Assembly (NCBI RefSeq): GCF_000143415.4 | Contig: NW_003314272.1 | Span: 1,372,374 to 1,436,373 of the forward strand | Length of the DNA: 64,000 nt | Source: Selaginella moellendorffii | Lineage: Eukaryota > Plantae > Lycopodiophyta | Reading direction: 5' to 3' | Shown here: one piece after another, positions 47,530-59,536 of the stretch | Numbering within the stretch: the first letter of the stretch is position 1 | Layout: every line of letters starts with the position of its first letter | Position numbers and translations under genes: made by a program | Notes under the pieces: model-generated | What the model saw: the letters and a program-made list of their open reading frames with translations, nothing else | What the model was told of the DNA's origin: nothing | The model's database searches: none

Positions 47530-49626
47530 TTGCTACGTTTAAGCTCGGGATCAAGAACTTACACACCGGAAATTAGGGTTCTTCCGTGCGTATGCCGGCG
47601 GTCGCGAGGTGGCGGCAGGGAGAAGCTGCCGCGGCTGATTGCGCGCACGGAGCTCAATGGCGTGCTGGCAAGGGATTGTGCGATGCAGTTCCATGCCGAG
47701 CGGCATCTTGCCCCCAATCTCAGGTACCGCGATGGCGAAAAATGCCAGCTCCGTCGCGATTACCGAGCTTGAAGCGGTCCAGCGCCGGGAATGTCCTGGC
47801 GGAGATTGACCGGCAGAATGTGAGCGATCCAGCGCTGGGCTATGGATCGCTCCTCCGCCGGTGCTGCCGCCACAAATCCCTGGAAGAAGGTGGGAGAGTC
47901 CACAAGCACATTGTCGAGAATAATCTCAGGTGAACAGCCTGTTCACCTGAGATTATTCTCGACAATGAGGCAACTTGGTGGCACACATGTATGCCCGGAG
48001 TGGCAAGTTCCTGGATGCCAAGGCGGTGTTCGACTCCATCGCCAGCAAGAACGATAGGACTTATGCGATCATGATCGCGGCGTGCGTGAGGGAGGACCGC
48101 CCCTTGCAAGCGCTGGAGCTCTGGGGGGAGATGGAGGAGCGAGACAAGTTCATCGTGACGAGCTTGGTGCCACCTCCAGGCGCTCGAGGAGGAGCGGCGG
48201 CTCCGGGAGGAATCGCGGGGATTCGACACGAACGTTGTCGTCCAGAACGCGCTGGTGACAATGTATGGGAAGTGTGGGAGTCCGGTGGAAGCTCGGAAGG
48301 TCTTCGACTCCATGACGGCTAGGAACGTGATCTCCTGGACTTCGATGATCGCGGCCTACGCTCAGCACGGGAATCCACAGGAGGCTCTCAACCTTTTCAA
48401 GAGGATGGACGTTGAGCCGAGTGGTGTGAGCTGCTCCAGTGCTCTCAATGCCTGCGCACTGCTGGGAGCTTTGGACGAAGGCATTGAGAGCCTTCGTCCT
48501 CTCGATGACGAAGAGATGATTCAACTCGGATGAATAGATTCATCACCGAGTTGTGGAAGCCAATCTCGCGTCCCCGCAGATGGAGACTTCCTTGCTCAGC
48601 ATGTACGCGAGGTGTGGAAGCCTGGACGACGCGAAGCGCGTGTTTAACAGGATGAAGACGAGAGACGCCTTCTCTTGCAATGCGATGATCGCCGCCTTCA
48701 CACAGCACGGTCATAAGAAACAGGCACAGTCAGGATTTACAGGAAGATGGAGCAGGAGGGTATTCCAGACGACGGAATCACGTTCGTGAGCGTCCTGGTT
48801 GCTTGCAGCCATACTTCACTCGTGGCTGATTGTCGAGATTTCCTCCAGTCTTTGTGATGGACCACGGGGTGGTACCATTGGTGGAGCACTACCTTTGCAT
48901 GGTGGACGTTCCGGGCCGCTCGGGAAGACTGGGAGACGCCGAAGAGCTGGTGGAAACTATGCCATATCAAGCAGATGCAGGGGCCTGGATGACTTTACTG
49001 TCGGGTTGCAAGCGCCACGGTGACTTGGATCGTGGCGAGAGAGCCGCCAGGAAAGTTTTCGAGCTAGCACCGGCAGAAACTCTCCCTTACGTCTTCCTCT
49101 CCAACATGTACGCGGCTGCCAAGCGATTTGACGACGCTCGAAGAGTCCGGAAGGAGATGAAGGAGCGCAGAGTGACGAGGCCAGTGGCAGTAAGCTGCAT
49201 CGAGATTGACAGCGAGCTACACATGTTTACGAGTGGTGGTAGAGACGAGCAGCAGGAGGGTCACGACGGCCGGACGATGGAGAGGGTCCGGTCCCTGCTG
49301 CTGGAACTTTTAGAGCCCATGAAGCAAGCTGGATACGTCCCCGACACGAGGGAAGTTTACTTGGAGCAGCAGGGTGGCACAAGCGAGGAGGAGAAACAAC
49401 GTAGCCTGTGCTTCCACAGCGAAAGGCTTGCCATCGCCTACGGACTGATCGCTGCCAAAGATCCAGACGATTCTCGTCCGCTGAGAGTCGTCAACAGCCA
49501 CCGGGTGGGCTCCACTCTGCGATCAAACTCCTCTCAGATATCACTTAGAGGAGGATTTTTGTGAGAGATGGGAGCCGGTTCCACCACTTTGAGAAGGGAG
49601 CCTGCTCGTGTGGGGATCACTGGTGA
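47530..49626 (+). pseudogene. PPR-E-DYW relic, copy B
   Basis: YGSLLRRC.., [29 protein letters not shown] and CSCGDHW end; multiple frameshifts and CxxC destroyed. The 5' boundary is approximate. Confidence 0.9.
47909..47967. repeat. Perfect hairpin, 29-bp arms and 1-nt loop
   Basis: CATTGTCGAGAATAATCTCAGGTGAACAG-C-CTGTTCACCTGAGATTATTCTCGACAATG. Confidence 0.97.
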
Positions 49627-49839
49627 AGTTACGTTTCTTTTGTTTCACCATATGTCCACGTGGTGGGCACAGTTGGCGGGGGACAAAGTCAGAACAAGAA
49701 AATCGCGCCGCATAAAGGTACGTCGCAAAGTCAAAAGTTCCTATACTTTCGTGTCTTTGTGGCGCACCTTGACTGACTGATGGATTGCAGGGCTCTCCAT
49801 CAAAATCTGGAAGAGGAGTGAAGTAGTAACAAGTTGCAG

Positions 49840-52296
49840 ATGATGGAACTCATGATCTGGCTGATCCTGTTGAGCACGCTTGGATCCTCTACAGCGTCAC
49901 TCAACGCACACAAAGCTGGGGTCTTGGTTGCATTGAAAAGGAGCCTCCTGGGACTGGGAAACACCTCAGACTGGACTGTGGAAAACTCCGATCGAGCATG
50001 CACCGACTGGAAGGGAGTGATTTGCAACAGTGACGATTCAGAGGTGGTGGAGCTTCATCTGGCAGGAAATGGATTCACAGGTGAGATCTCGTCGCCGGCA
50101 CTCGGGCAGCTGACGAGTTTGCGAGTCTTGGACGTGAGCAAAAACCGGCTGGTCGGATCTCTTCCTGCGGAGCTCGGGCTGCTGCAAAGCTTGCAAGCTT
50201 TGGACGTCTCAGGTAACAGACTGACTGGGAGCTTGCCTCGGGATCTCGGCAACTGCAGCGCTCTTCGTTTTCTCAACGCCCAGCAAAACCAGCTTCAAGG
50301 TCCAATACCGCCCCAGCTAGGAGCGCTCCAGAGGTTGGAGATACTCGTCCTGGACAACAACCGCTTGTCAGGTTCTCTTCCTCCGTCCCTTGCGAACTGC
50401 TCGAAGCTCCAGGAGATTTGGCTGACGAGCAATGGTGTTGAAGGGGAGATTCCTCAGGAAGTTGGGTTTATGCAAGAGCTGCGAGTATTCTTCGTGGAGA
50501 GAAACCGGCTGGAAGGGCTCATTCCACCAGCTTTTGCAAACTGCTCGTCTCTCGAGCTCTTGGCGCTCGGGGAGAATTCTCTGGGCGGGAGGATACCAGA
50601 TGAGCTTGGACGGCTCGAAAACTTGGTGGCGCTCTCACTGTATAGCTTGCAGTGGCTGGAGGGGCCAATTCCTCCTGAGATCGGCAACAACAGCAAGCTC
50701 GAGTGGTTTGATATCAATGGAAACTCGCTCATGCATGGCTCGATTCCAGTGTCGCTGCTTCAGCTCCCGCACTTGGCCACCTTGCAACTCTTTGGTTTCA
50801 ACAACACCTCGGATCGTCCGGTCCCGGAGCAGCTCTGGAACATGACTCAGCTCGAGTTTCTGGGAATCGGGAGGACAAACAGCCGAGGGATCCTGTCACC
50901 GATCGTCGGAAACTTGACAAGGCTTCGGTCGCTGAGACTCAACGGGAACCGCTTTGAAGGAAGCGTTCCGGACGAGCTGTCCAAGTGTCCCAGGATGGAG
51001 ACGCTGATCCTCTCCAACAACAGACTCCTGGGAGGCGTTCCTCGATCGCTTGGCACGCTTGAGCGTCTCAGAGTTTTGATGCTCGGTGGAAACAAGCTCT
51101 CCGGAGCAATACCAGAGGAGCTCGGGAACTGCACCAACCTGGAAGAGCTGGTCCTCGAGAGGAACTTCTTCCATGGAGCAATACCCGAGTCCATCGCCAG
51201 GATGGCAAAGCTTCGGAGTTTGCTCCTCTACGGAAACCAGCTCTCCGGAGTGATTCCAGCTCCAGCTTCGCCAGAGATAATCGACATGAGGCTGCACGGC
51301 AACAGCTTATCAGGCTCCATCCCTCCCTCCGTTGGCAACCTTTCCAAGCTTTCCATACTCTATCTCTCCAACAACAAGCTGGACGGCTCCATCCCGGCCA
51401 CTCTCGGACAGCTTCGACGATTGTCACAGGTGGACTTGTCCGAGAACCAGCTCACGGGTGGTATTCCTGGCAGCCTCGCAAGCTGTGACTCCTTGCAGCT
51501 ACTGGATCTATCCTCCAACCTCCTGAGTGGAGAGATTCCGGCGTCCATCGGTGAATGGACCGGCTTCCAGACCGCGGACAAGAACCAGGCTCTCAAAATA
51601 TCGCCCATGACACCGTCGGGAGTGTTTCTGGAGAACTCCACCGATGCATACAGAAGAACTGTGTCCAAGGATATGGCTGCCTCCTTGGATGGACACACGT
51701 ACCAGCAATACGCAAGGGAGTTGGAGGTGCCAGGGGTGCTCGACTTGTCGGCGAACCAGCTCACCGGTGAGATTCCCGCAAGCTTGGGAAAGCTGGCTGG
51801 AGTCCGGGAGCTCAACTTGTCACACAACCGGCTGTCTGGAGGCATTCCATGGACTCTGGGAGAGATGACGTCCATGGCAGTGCTGGATCTCTCTTTCAAC
51901 CGGATCAACGGGACGATACCAGGGGGACTGGCGAGGCTTCACTTGCTCAAGGATCTGAGGGTCGTGTTTAATGACTTGGAAGGCAGGATTCCAGAGACTC
52001 TGTTGTTTGGCGCGTCGAGCTACGAGGGAAATCCAGGACTGTGCGGGGAGCCTCTCTCGCGGCCGTGCGAAGGAGATGGCCTCGTGGACGTGGGCGATGG
52101 TGCAACTTGGTGGAAGGAGAACGTCTCCAATGGTGCGTTTGTAGTGGGATTTCTTGTTGTGGAGCGCCATCTTTTTACTTGTTTGCCAACCAAGAGGCCA
52201 AAGAAGAAGCGAAACAAGAAGATGGCGGTGGTGGTCAGCCTGGTCAATTCAGTGGAGGAGGTCACCGCAGGGGTCAGCGAGGTCAGCCTTCACTAG
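49840..52296 (+). CDS. LRR receptor-like protein copy B, 818 aa from the first ATG; ectodomain intact, TM segment frameshifted
   Basis: Signal peptide, LRRNT (CTDWKGVIC), LRRs, island and GNPGLCG. A 17-bp deletion near 52156 relative to copy A shifts the frame inside the TM helix. Confidence 0.85.
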   Translation: MMELMIWLILLSTLGSSTASLNAHKAGVLVALKRSLLGLGNTSDWTVENSDRACTDWKGVICNSDDSEVVELHLAGNGFTGEISSPALGQLTSLRVLDVSKNRLVGSLPAELGLLQSLQALDVSGNRLTGSLPRDLGNCSALRFLNAQQNQLQGPIPPQLGALQRLEILVLDNNRLSGSLPPSLANCSKLQEIWLTSNGVEGEIPQEVGFMQELRVFFVERNRLEGLIPPAFANCSSLELLALGENSLGGRIPDELGRLENLVALSLYSLQWLEGPIPPEIGNNSKLEWFDINGNSLMHGSIPVSLLQLPHLATLQLFGFNNTSDRPVPEQLWNMTQLEFLGIGRTNSRGILSPIVGNLTRLRSLRLNGNRFEGSVPDELSKCPRMETLILSNNRLLGGVPRSLGTLERLRVLMLGGNKLSGAIPEELGNCTNLEELVLERNFFHGAIPESIARMAKLRSLLLYGNQLSGVIPAPASPEIIDMRLHGNSLSGSIPPSVGNLSKLSILYLSNNKLDGSIPATLGQLRRLSQVDLSENQLTGGIPGSLASCDSLQLLDLSSNLLSGEIPASIGEWTGFQTADKNQALKISPMTPSGVFLENSTDAYRRTVSKDMAASLDGHTYQQYARELEVPGVLDLSANQLTGEIPASLGKLAGVRELNLSHNRLSGGIPWTLGEMTSMAVLDLSFNRINGTIPGGLARLHLLKDLRVVFNDLEGRIPETLLFGASSYEGNPGLCGEPLSRPCEGDGLVDVGDGATWWKENVSNGAFVVGFLVVERHLFTCLPTKRPKKKRNKKMAVVVSLVNSVEEVTAGVSEVSLH

Positions 52297-52386
52297 TACT
52301 ACAACCTTGATTTTTATGATACGGCTTTTAGGGTTGAAACACATGTTGCAAGGCAAATGGGCAAGTGCAATTTATTTCCAACTTCT

Positions 52387-52713
52387 TCAATGGAACTTGA
52401 AAGCCCGAATGAACCAGTTGCCTTGGCGAATGATCCAGCTGACCCAGCTGGTATTTTTCATAACATACTGCACTCTACATCCCACTGTTGTGTAAGACAC
52501 TGAAGCTGCAGAGCCACACCAGAAAGAAATAGAATTTATAGCTTCCAAAGTACAAAGCCTGCAAGCAACTTGATCGTTGTAAGTGAGAGCTCCAAACAAC
52601 TCACCATGCTGGGTGGTGATATTGCTTGAGGTGCGGAGCATATCAGTCAAGGTTGCTCCAATAGCCCTGGTTGATGGATCCCAGACAGATAATTTTGCAC
52701 AGGAGCATACCAC
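52387..52713 (-). pseudogene. DUF26/Gnk2-like cysteine-rich domain fragment
   Basis: ACRLCTLEAINSISFWCGSAASVSYTTVGCRVQY resembles the CxxC..A..I..C..CxxxY half of DUF26. Confidence 0.55.
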
Positions 52714-52719
52714 GTGTTG

Positions 52720-53795
52720 CTAGGGGAGGATACATCCTGCCGCTGCTACATTTTAAACCGGCTAAGAGCTGTTTGTTCCTAGATTACTACCTTAACTTTT
52801 GCAGTGTAAAAGTCCAGGCTCAATTCACTCTGATGGAACCGATAGACCTGGAGCACTTCATGCAGATTGAATATGAGGTGCTTCAAGGCTCTGTTTTTGA
52901 GGAGCTTTCCGTTGCTTACGTACTGCTTGGAGCTATGCTGCCTAACAGTTCCTTTTTTACATTTACTAATTCTTCTTAGGTTGATGGTGTGATCCTCGTC
53001 CGAGAAACACTATTAAGAGGAAGGAAACAGTGGGCGAATATTCTTTGGGATCTTTGCCAAAACGGAAAAATGTTTGGACTATACATAAAATGACATGCTT
53101 AATGTTATTGACTGAACCTTTAATTTTAATTTTCACCGGATATGACCTATTTTAGAAACTGCAAATCTGAAGATCCGGGAAATCTTGTGATCTAAAGTGG
53201 ATTGCATGCGATGGTTGCCAGCCTTTGGAACCGAGACCAAGGTTGTTGCGACACAGGAGATTTGAAAATTGTTCTACTGGAGGAAAATGAGTTACTGCTG
53301 AGCTGAGTTACCATTGGTTGGCTAATTGCGAATGATGGCAGGTGCCGATGCTATCCACTATGTATGGAGGCCAGTGATCAAGAATAATGGGGCTGTGGAC
53401 TACACTATCCTTCCTAGGACGCTGGCGCAACCAACTTTAGCAGCGTGCCATGGAACAATATCTATGCCGGTACCAGTAAGCCGCACGAGTTTGTACTCTG
53501 CTTCCTCCTGGTGGAATCGAACTATGACCAGTTCGACTTCCAGAGCTACCGCAACAAGTCCTGTATGGTAACAAAACAAGCTGTGAAAGCTTCGTTGCAT
53601 ATGCTTTTGTAGCTGCTCATACTTAAGGAACGAACAATGCAGGTATTGCTAGTGCAAAGCGTTGCTGCAGTACAATGTTCCCGTTCCGTGTCAGAGGAGG
53701 TGAAGATTCCCAAGGGTGTCGAGATTGTCAATGACATCGAGCAAAACGGTGAAGTGTGCGAAACTAACTTTTTTCATTCAGGGGAGGGAATGTGA
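52720..53795 (+). pseudogene. Second copy of the degenerate gene relic at 9960-11000
   Basis: Inverted homologue of 9960-11000. Confidence 0.35.
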
Positions 53796-54668
53796 ACAAG
53801 AAGTGGAAGTTTGCCTTCTCAATCTGTCTTGTTTAAAGTGATCTATCTGTCTCTTCAATACACTTTCTGCTTTCTCTCTCCTGCAGTGAAGCCATTCATC
53901 TAAGCTCCTTAACCTTCACACTTCATGGTATATCCTTTGGAGCGATACATGGAAGATTAGCATCCAGCTAGCATCAAGCTGAACATGCCACATTTGACAT
54001 TTGTTGGATCATATTTGACATCAGTCTAGAAAAAAAACTGCATAAATTTCTGTTGCAGTCTAAATGTCCAACATTCCAAGTCTCATCCAGCTCAGTTTCA
54101 TCTGTTACGTAACAACTTGATTTCTTCAGCAAACCAAAATAATTTGTATTCTTAGTCTCATTTCCAGAACCATAAGCAGGTGCAGGAATGCATCCTATCT
54201 TTGCCACCACTTCTTTATATTCATCACCCAATGGTATTGTCTCTATGAGGCATCTTGTCTTAATATAAAGAAGTGGTGGCAAAGATAGGCCGTATTCCAC
54301 TGAAAAACTATGCACCTGCTTATGGTAAAGATCCCAAAGAATATTCGCCCACTGTTTCCTTCCTCTTAATAGTGTTTCTCGGACGAGGATCACACCATCA
54401 ACCTAAGAAGAATTAGTAAATGTAAAAAAGGAACTGTTAGGCAGCATAGCTCCAAGCAGTACGTAAGCAACGGAAAGCTCCTCAAAAACAGAGCCTTGAA
54501 GCACCTCATATTCAATCTGCATGAAGTGCTCCAGGTCTATCGGTTCCATCAGAGTGAATTGAGCCTGGACTTTTACACTGCAAAAGTTAAGGTAGTAATC
54601 TAGGAACAAACAGCTCTTAGCCGGTTTAAAATGTAGCAGCGGCAGGATGTATCCTCCCCTAGCAACAC

Positions 54669-54995
54669 GTGGTATGCTCCTGTGCAAAATTATCTGTCTG
54701 GGATCCATCAACCAGGGCTATTGGAGCAACCTTGACTGATATGCTCCGCACCTCAAGCAATATCACCACCCAGCATGGTGAGTTGTTTGGAGCTCTCACT
54801 TACAACGATCAAGTTGCTTGCAGGCTTTGTACTTTGGAAGCTATAAATTCTATTTCTTTCTGGTGTGGCTCTGCAGCTTCAGTGTCTTACACAACAGTGG
54901 GATGTAGAGTGCAGTATGTTATGAAAAATACCAGCTGGGTCAGCTGGATCATTCGCCAAGGCAACTGGTTCATTCGGGCTTTCAAGTTCCATTGA
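54669..54995 (+). pseudogene. DUF26/Gnk2-like fragment, mirror copy
   Basis: Translation identical to 52387-52713. Confidence 0.55.
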
Positions 54996-55085
54996 AGAAG
55001 TTGGAAATAAATTGCACTTGCCCATTTGCCTTGCAACATGTGTTTCAACCCTAAAAGCCGTATCATAAAAATCAAGGTTGTAGTA

Positions 55086-57165
55086 CTAGTGAAGGCTGAC
55101 CTCGCTGACCCCTGCGGTGACCTCCTCCACTGAATTGACCAGGCTGACCACCACCGCCATCTTCTTGTTTCGCTTCTTCTTTGGCCTCTTGGTTGGCAAA
55201 CAAGTAAAAAGATGGCGCTCCACAACAAAGAATCCCACTACAAACGCACCATTGGAGACGTTCTCCTTCCCACAAGTGCACCATCGCCCACGTCCCACGA
55301 GCCATCTCCTTCGCACGGCCGCGAGAGAGGCTCCCCGCACAGTCCTGGATTTCCCTCGTAGCTCGACGCGCCAAACAACAGAGTCTCTGGAATCCTGCCT
55401 TCCAAGTCATTAGACACGACCCTCAGATCCTTGAGCAAGTGAAGCCTCGCCAGTCCCCCTGGTATCGTCCCGTTGATCCGGTTGAAAGAGAGATCCAGCA
55501 CTGCCATGGACGTCATCTCTCCCAGAGTCCATGGAATGCCTCCAGACAGCCGGTTGTGTGACAAGTTGAGCTCCCGGACTCCAGCCAGCTTTCCCAAGCT
55601 TGCGGGAATCTCACCGGTGAGCTGGTTCGCCGACAAGTCGAGCACCCCTGGCACCTCCAACTCCCTTGCGTATTGCTGGTACGTGTGTCCATCCAAGGAG
55701 GCAGCCATATCCTTGGACACAGTTCTTCTGTATGCATCGGTGGAGTTCTCCAGAAACACTCCCGACGGTGTCATGGGCGATATTTTGAGAGCCTGGTTCT
55801 TGTCCGCGGTCTGGAAGCCGGTCAATTCACCGATGGACGCCGGAATCTCTCCACTCAGGAGGTTAGAGGATAGATCCAGTAGCTGCAAGGAGTCACAGCT
55901 TGCGAGGCTGCCAGGAATACCACCCGTGAGCTGGTTCTCGGACAAGTCCACCCGTGACAATCGTTGAAGCTGTCCGAGAGTGGCCGGGATGGAGCCGTCC
56001 AGCTTATAGAGTATGGAAAGTTTGGAAAGGTTGCCAACGGAGGGAGGGACATGTCGATTATCTCTGGCGAAGCTGGAGCTGGAATCACTCTGGAGAGCTG
56101 GTTTCCGTGGAGGAGCAAACTCCGAAGCTTTGCCATCCTGGCGATGGACTCGAGCTGAGTCATGTTCCAGAGCTGCTCCGGGACCGGACGGTCCGAGGTG
56201 TTGTTGAAACCAAAGAGTTGCAAGGTGGCCAAGTGCGGGAGCTGAAGCAGCGACACTGGAATCGAGCCATGCATGAGCGAGTTTCCATTGATATCAAACC
56301 ACTCGAGCTTGCTGTTGTTGCCGATCTCAGGAGGAATTGGCCCCTCCAGCCACTGCAAGCTATACAGTGAGAGCGCCACCAAGTTTTCGAGCCGTCCAAG
56401 CTCATCTGGTATCCTCCCGCCCAGAGAATTCTCCCCGAGCGCCAAGAGCTCGAGAGACGAGCAGTTTGCAAAAGCTGGTGGAATGAGCCCTTCCAGCCGG
56501 TTTCTCTCCACGAAGAATACTCGCAGCTCTTGCATAAACCCAACTTCCTGAGGAATCTCCCCTTCAACACCATTGCTCGTCAGCCAAATCTCCTGGAGCT
56601 TCGAGCAGTTCGCAAGGGACGGAGGAAGAGAACCTGACAAGCGGTTGTTGTCCAGGACGAGTATCTCCAACCTCTGGAGCGCTCCTAGCTGGGGCGGTAT
56701 TGGACCTTGAAGCTGGTTTTGCTGGGCGTTGAGAAAACGAAGAGCGCTGCAGTTGCCGAGATCCCGAGGCAAGCTCCCAGTCAGTCTGTTACCTGAGACG
56801 TCCAAAGCTTGCAAGCTTTGCAGCAGCCCGAGCTCCGCAGGAAGAGATCCGACCAGCCGGTTTTTGCTCACGTCCAAGACTCGCAAACTCGTCAGCTGCC
56901 CGAGTGCCGGCGACGAGATCTCACCTGTGAATCCATTTCCTGCCAGATGAAGCTCCACCACCTCTGAATCGTCACTGTTGCAAATCACTCCCTTCCAGTC
57001 GGTGCATGCTCGATCGGAGTTTTCCACAGTCCAGTCTGAGGTGTTTCCCAGTCCCAGGAGGCTCCTTTTCAATGCAACCAAGACCCCAGCTTTGTGTGCG
57101 TTGAGTGACGCTGTAGAGGATCCAAGCGTGCTCAACAGGATCAGCCAGATCATGAGTTCCATCAT
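55086..57165 (-). pseudogene. LRR receptor-like protein copy C, internally deleted
   Basis: Deletions of 333, 31 and 12 bp relative to copy B, plus small indels near 55220-55305. Confidence 0.9.
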
Positions 57166-57378
57166 CTGCAACTTGTTACTACTTCACTCCTCTTCCAGAT
57201 TTTGATGGAGAGCCCTGCAATCCATCAGTCAGTCAAGGTGCGCCACAAAGACACGAAAGTATAGGAACTTTTGACTTTGCGACGTACCTTTATGCGGCGC
57301 GATTTTCTTGTTCTGACTTTGTCCCCCGCCAACTGTGCCCACCACGTGGACATATGGTGAAACAAAAGAAACGTAACT

Positions 57379-59536
57379 TCACCAGTGATCCCCACACGAG
57401 CAGGCTCCCTTCTCAAAGTGGTGGAACCGGCTCCCATCTCTCACAAAAATCCTCCTCTAAGTGATATCTGAGAGGAGTTTGATCGCAGAGTGGAGCCCAC
57501 CCGGTGGCTGTTGACGACTCTCAGCGGACGAGAATCGTCTGGATCTTTGGCAGCGATCAGTCCGTAGGCGATGGCAAGCCTTTCGCTGTGGAAGCACAGG
57601 CTACGTTGTTTCTCCTCCTCGCTTGTGCCACCCTGCTGCTCCAAGTAAACTTCCCTCGTGTCGGGGACGTATCCAGCTTGCTTCATGGGCTCTAAAAGTT
57701 CCAGCAGCAGGGACCGGACCCTCTCCATCGTCCGGCCGTCGTGACCCTCCTGCTGCTCGTCTCTACCACCACTCGTAAACATGTGTAGCTCGCTGTCAAT
57801 CTCGATGCAGCTTACTGCCACTGGCCTCGTCACTCTGCGCTCCTTCATCTCCTTCCGGACTCTTCGAGCGTCGTCAAATCGCTTGGCAGCCGCGTACATG
57901 TTGGAGAGGAAGACGTAAGGGAGAGTTTCTGCCGGTGCTAGCTCGAAAACTTTCCTGGCGGCTCTCTCGCCACGATCCAAGTCACCGTGGCGCTTGCAAC
58001 CCGACAGTAAAGTCATCCAGGCCCCTGCATCTGCTTGATATGGCATAGTTTCCACCAGCTCTTCGGCGTCTCCCAGTCTTCCCGAGCGGCCCGGAACGTC
58101 CACCATGCAAAGGTAGTGCTCCACCAATGGTACCACCCCGTGGTCCATCACAAAGACTGGAGGAAATCTCGACAATCAGCCACGAGTGAAGTATGGCTGC
58201 AAGCAACCAGGACGCTCACGAACGTGATTCCGTCGTCTGGAATACCCTCCTGCTCCATCTTCCTGTAAATCCTGACTGTGCCTGTTTCTTATGACCGTGC
58301 TGTGTGAAGGCGGCGATCATCGCATTGCAAGAGAAGGCGTCTCTCGTCTTCATCCTGTTAAACACGCGCTTCGCGTCGTCCAGGCTTCCACACCTCGCGT
58401 ACATGCTGAGCAAGGAAGTCTCCATCTGCGGGGACGCGAGATTGGCTTCCACAACTCGGTGATGAATCTATTCATCCGAGTTGAATCATCTCTTCGTCAT
58501 CGAGAGGACGAAGGCTCTCAATGCCTTCGTCCAAAGCTCCCAGCAGTGCGCAGGCATTGAGAGCACTGGAGCAGCTCACACCACTCGGCTCAACGTCCAT
58601 CCTCTTGAAAAGGTTGAGAGCCTCCTGTGGATTCCCGTGCTGAGCGTAGGCCGCGATCATCGAAGTCCAGGAGATCACGTTCCTAGCCGTCATGGAGTCG
58701 AAGACCTTCCGAGCTTCCACCGGACTCCCACACTTCCCATACATTGTCACCAGCGCGTTCTGGACGACAACGTTCGTGTCGAATCCCCGCGATTCCTCCC
58801 GGAGCCGCCGCTCCTCCTCGAGCGCCTGGAGGTGGCACCAAGCTCGTCACGATGAACTTGTCTCGCTCCTCCATCTCCCCCCAGAGCTCCAGCGCTTGCA
58901 AGGGGCGGTCCTCCCTCACGCACGCCGCGATCATGATCGCATAAGTCCTATCGTTCTTGCTGGCGATGGAGTCGAACACCGCCTTGGCATCCAGGAACTT
59001 GCCACTCCGGGCATACATGTGTGCCACCAAGTTGCCTCANNNNNNNNNNNNNNNNNNNNNNNNNNNNNNNNNNNNNNNNNNNNNNNNNNNNNNNNNNNNN
59101 NNNNNNNNNNNNNNNNNNNNNNNNNNNNNNNNNNNNNNNAGATTATTCTCGACAATGTGCTTGTGGACTCTCCCACCTTCTTCCAGGGATTTGTGGCGGC
59201 AGCACCGGCGGAGGAGCGATCCATAGCCCAGCGCTGGATCGCTCACATTCTGCCGGTCAATCTCCGCCAGGACATTCCCGGCGCTGGACCGCTTCAAGCT
59301 CGGTAATCGCGACGGAGCTGGCATTTTTCGCCATCGCGGTACCTGAGATTGGGGGCAAGATGCCGCTCGGCATGGAACTGCATCGCACAATCCCTTGCCA
59401 GCACGCCATTGAGCTCCGTGCGCGCAATCAGCCGCGGCAGCTTCTCCCTGCCGCCACCTCGCGACCGCCGGCATACGCACGGAAGAACCCTAATTTCCGG
59501 TGTGTAAGTTCTTGATCCCGAGCTTAAACGTAGCAA
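57379..59536 (-). pseudogene. PPR-E-DYW relic, copy C
   Basis: ORF translations identical to copy B, including all frameshifts. Confidence 0.9.
59040..59139. other. Assembly gap (100 N) at the mirror position of the 47909-47967 hairpin
   Basis: Run of N; flanks match the hairpin edges. Confidence 1.

Larger units (their letters stand above)
46745..53055 (+). repeat. Left arm of the near-identical large inverted repeat
   Basis: ORFs mirror 54327-60321 with constant coordinate sums (107382, then 107005, then 107066). Confidence 0.95.

Noticed and set aside
49840-52296. LRR receptor kinase
   Set aside because: No kinase motifs follow the TM region in any copy or frame inspected.
55220-55305. 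Cluster of single-base swaps and indels in RLP copy C as biological variation
   Set aside because: Adjacent compensating indels look like low-quality read errors and cannot be trusted without traces.
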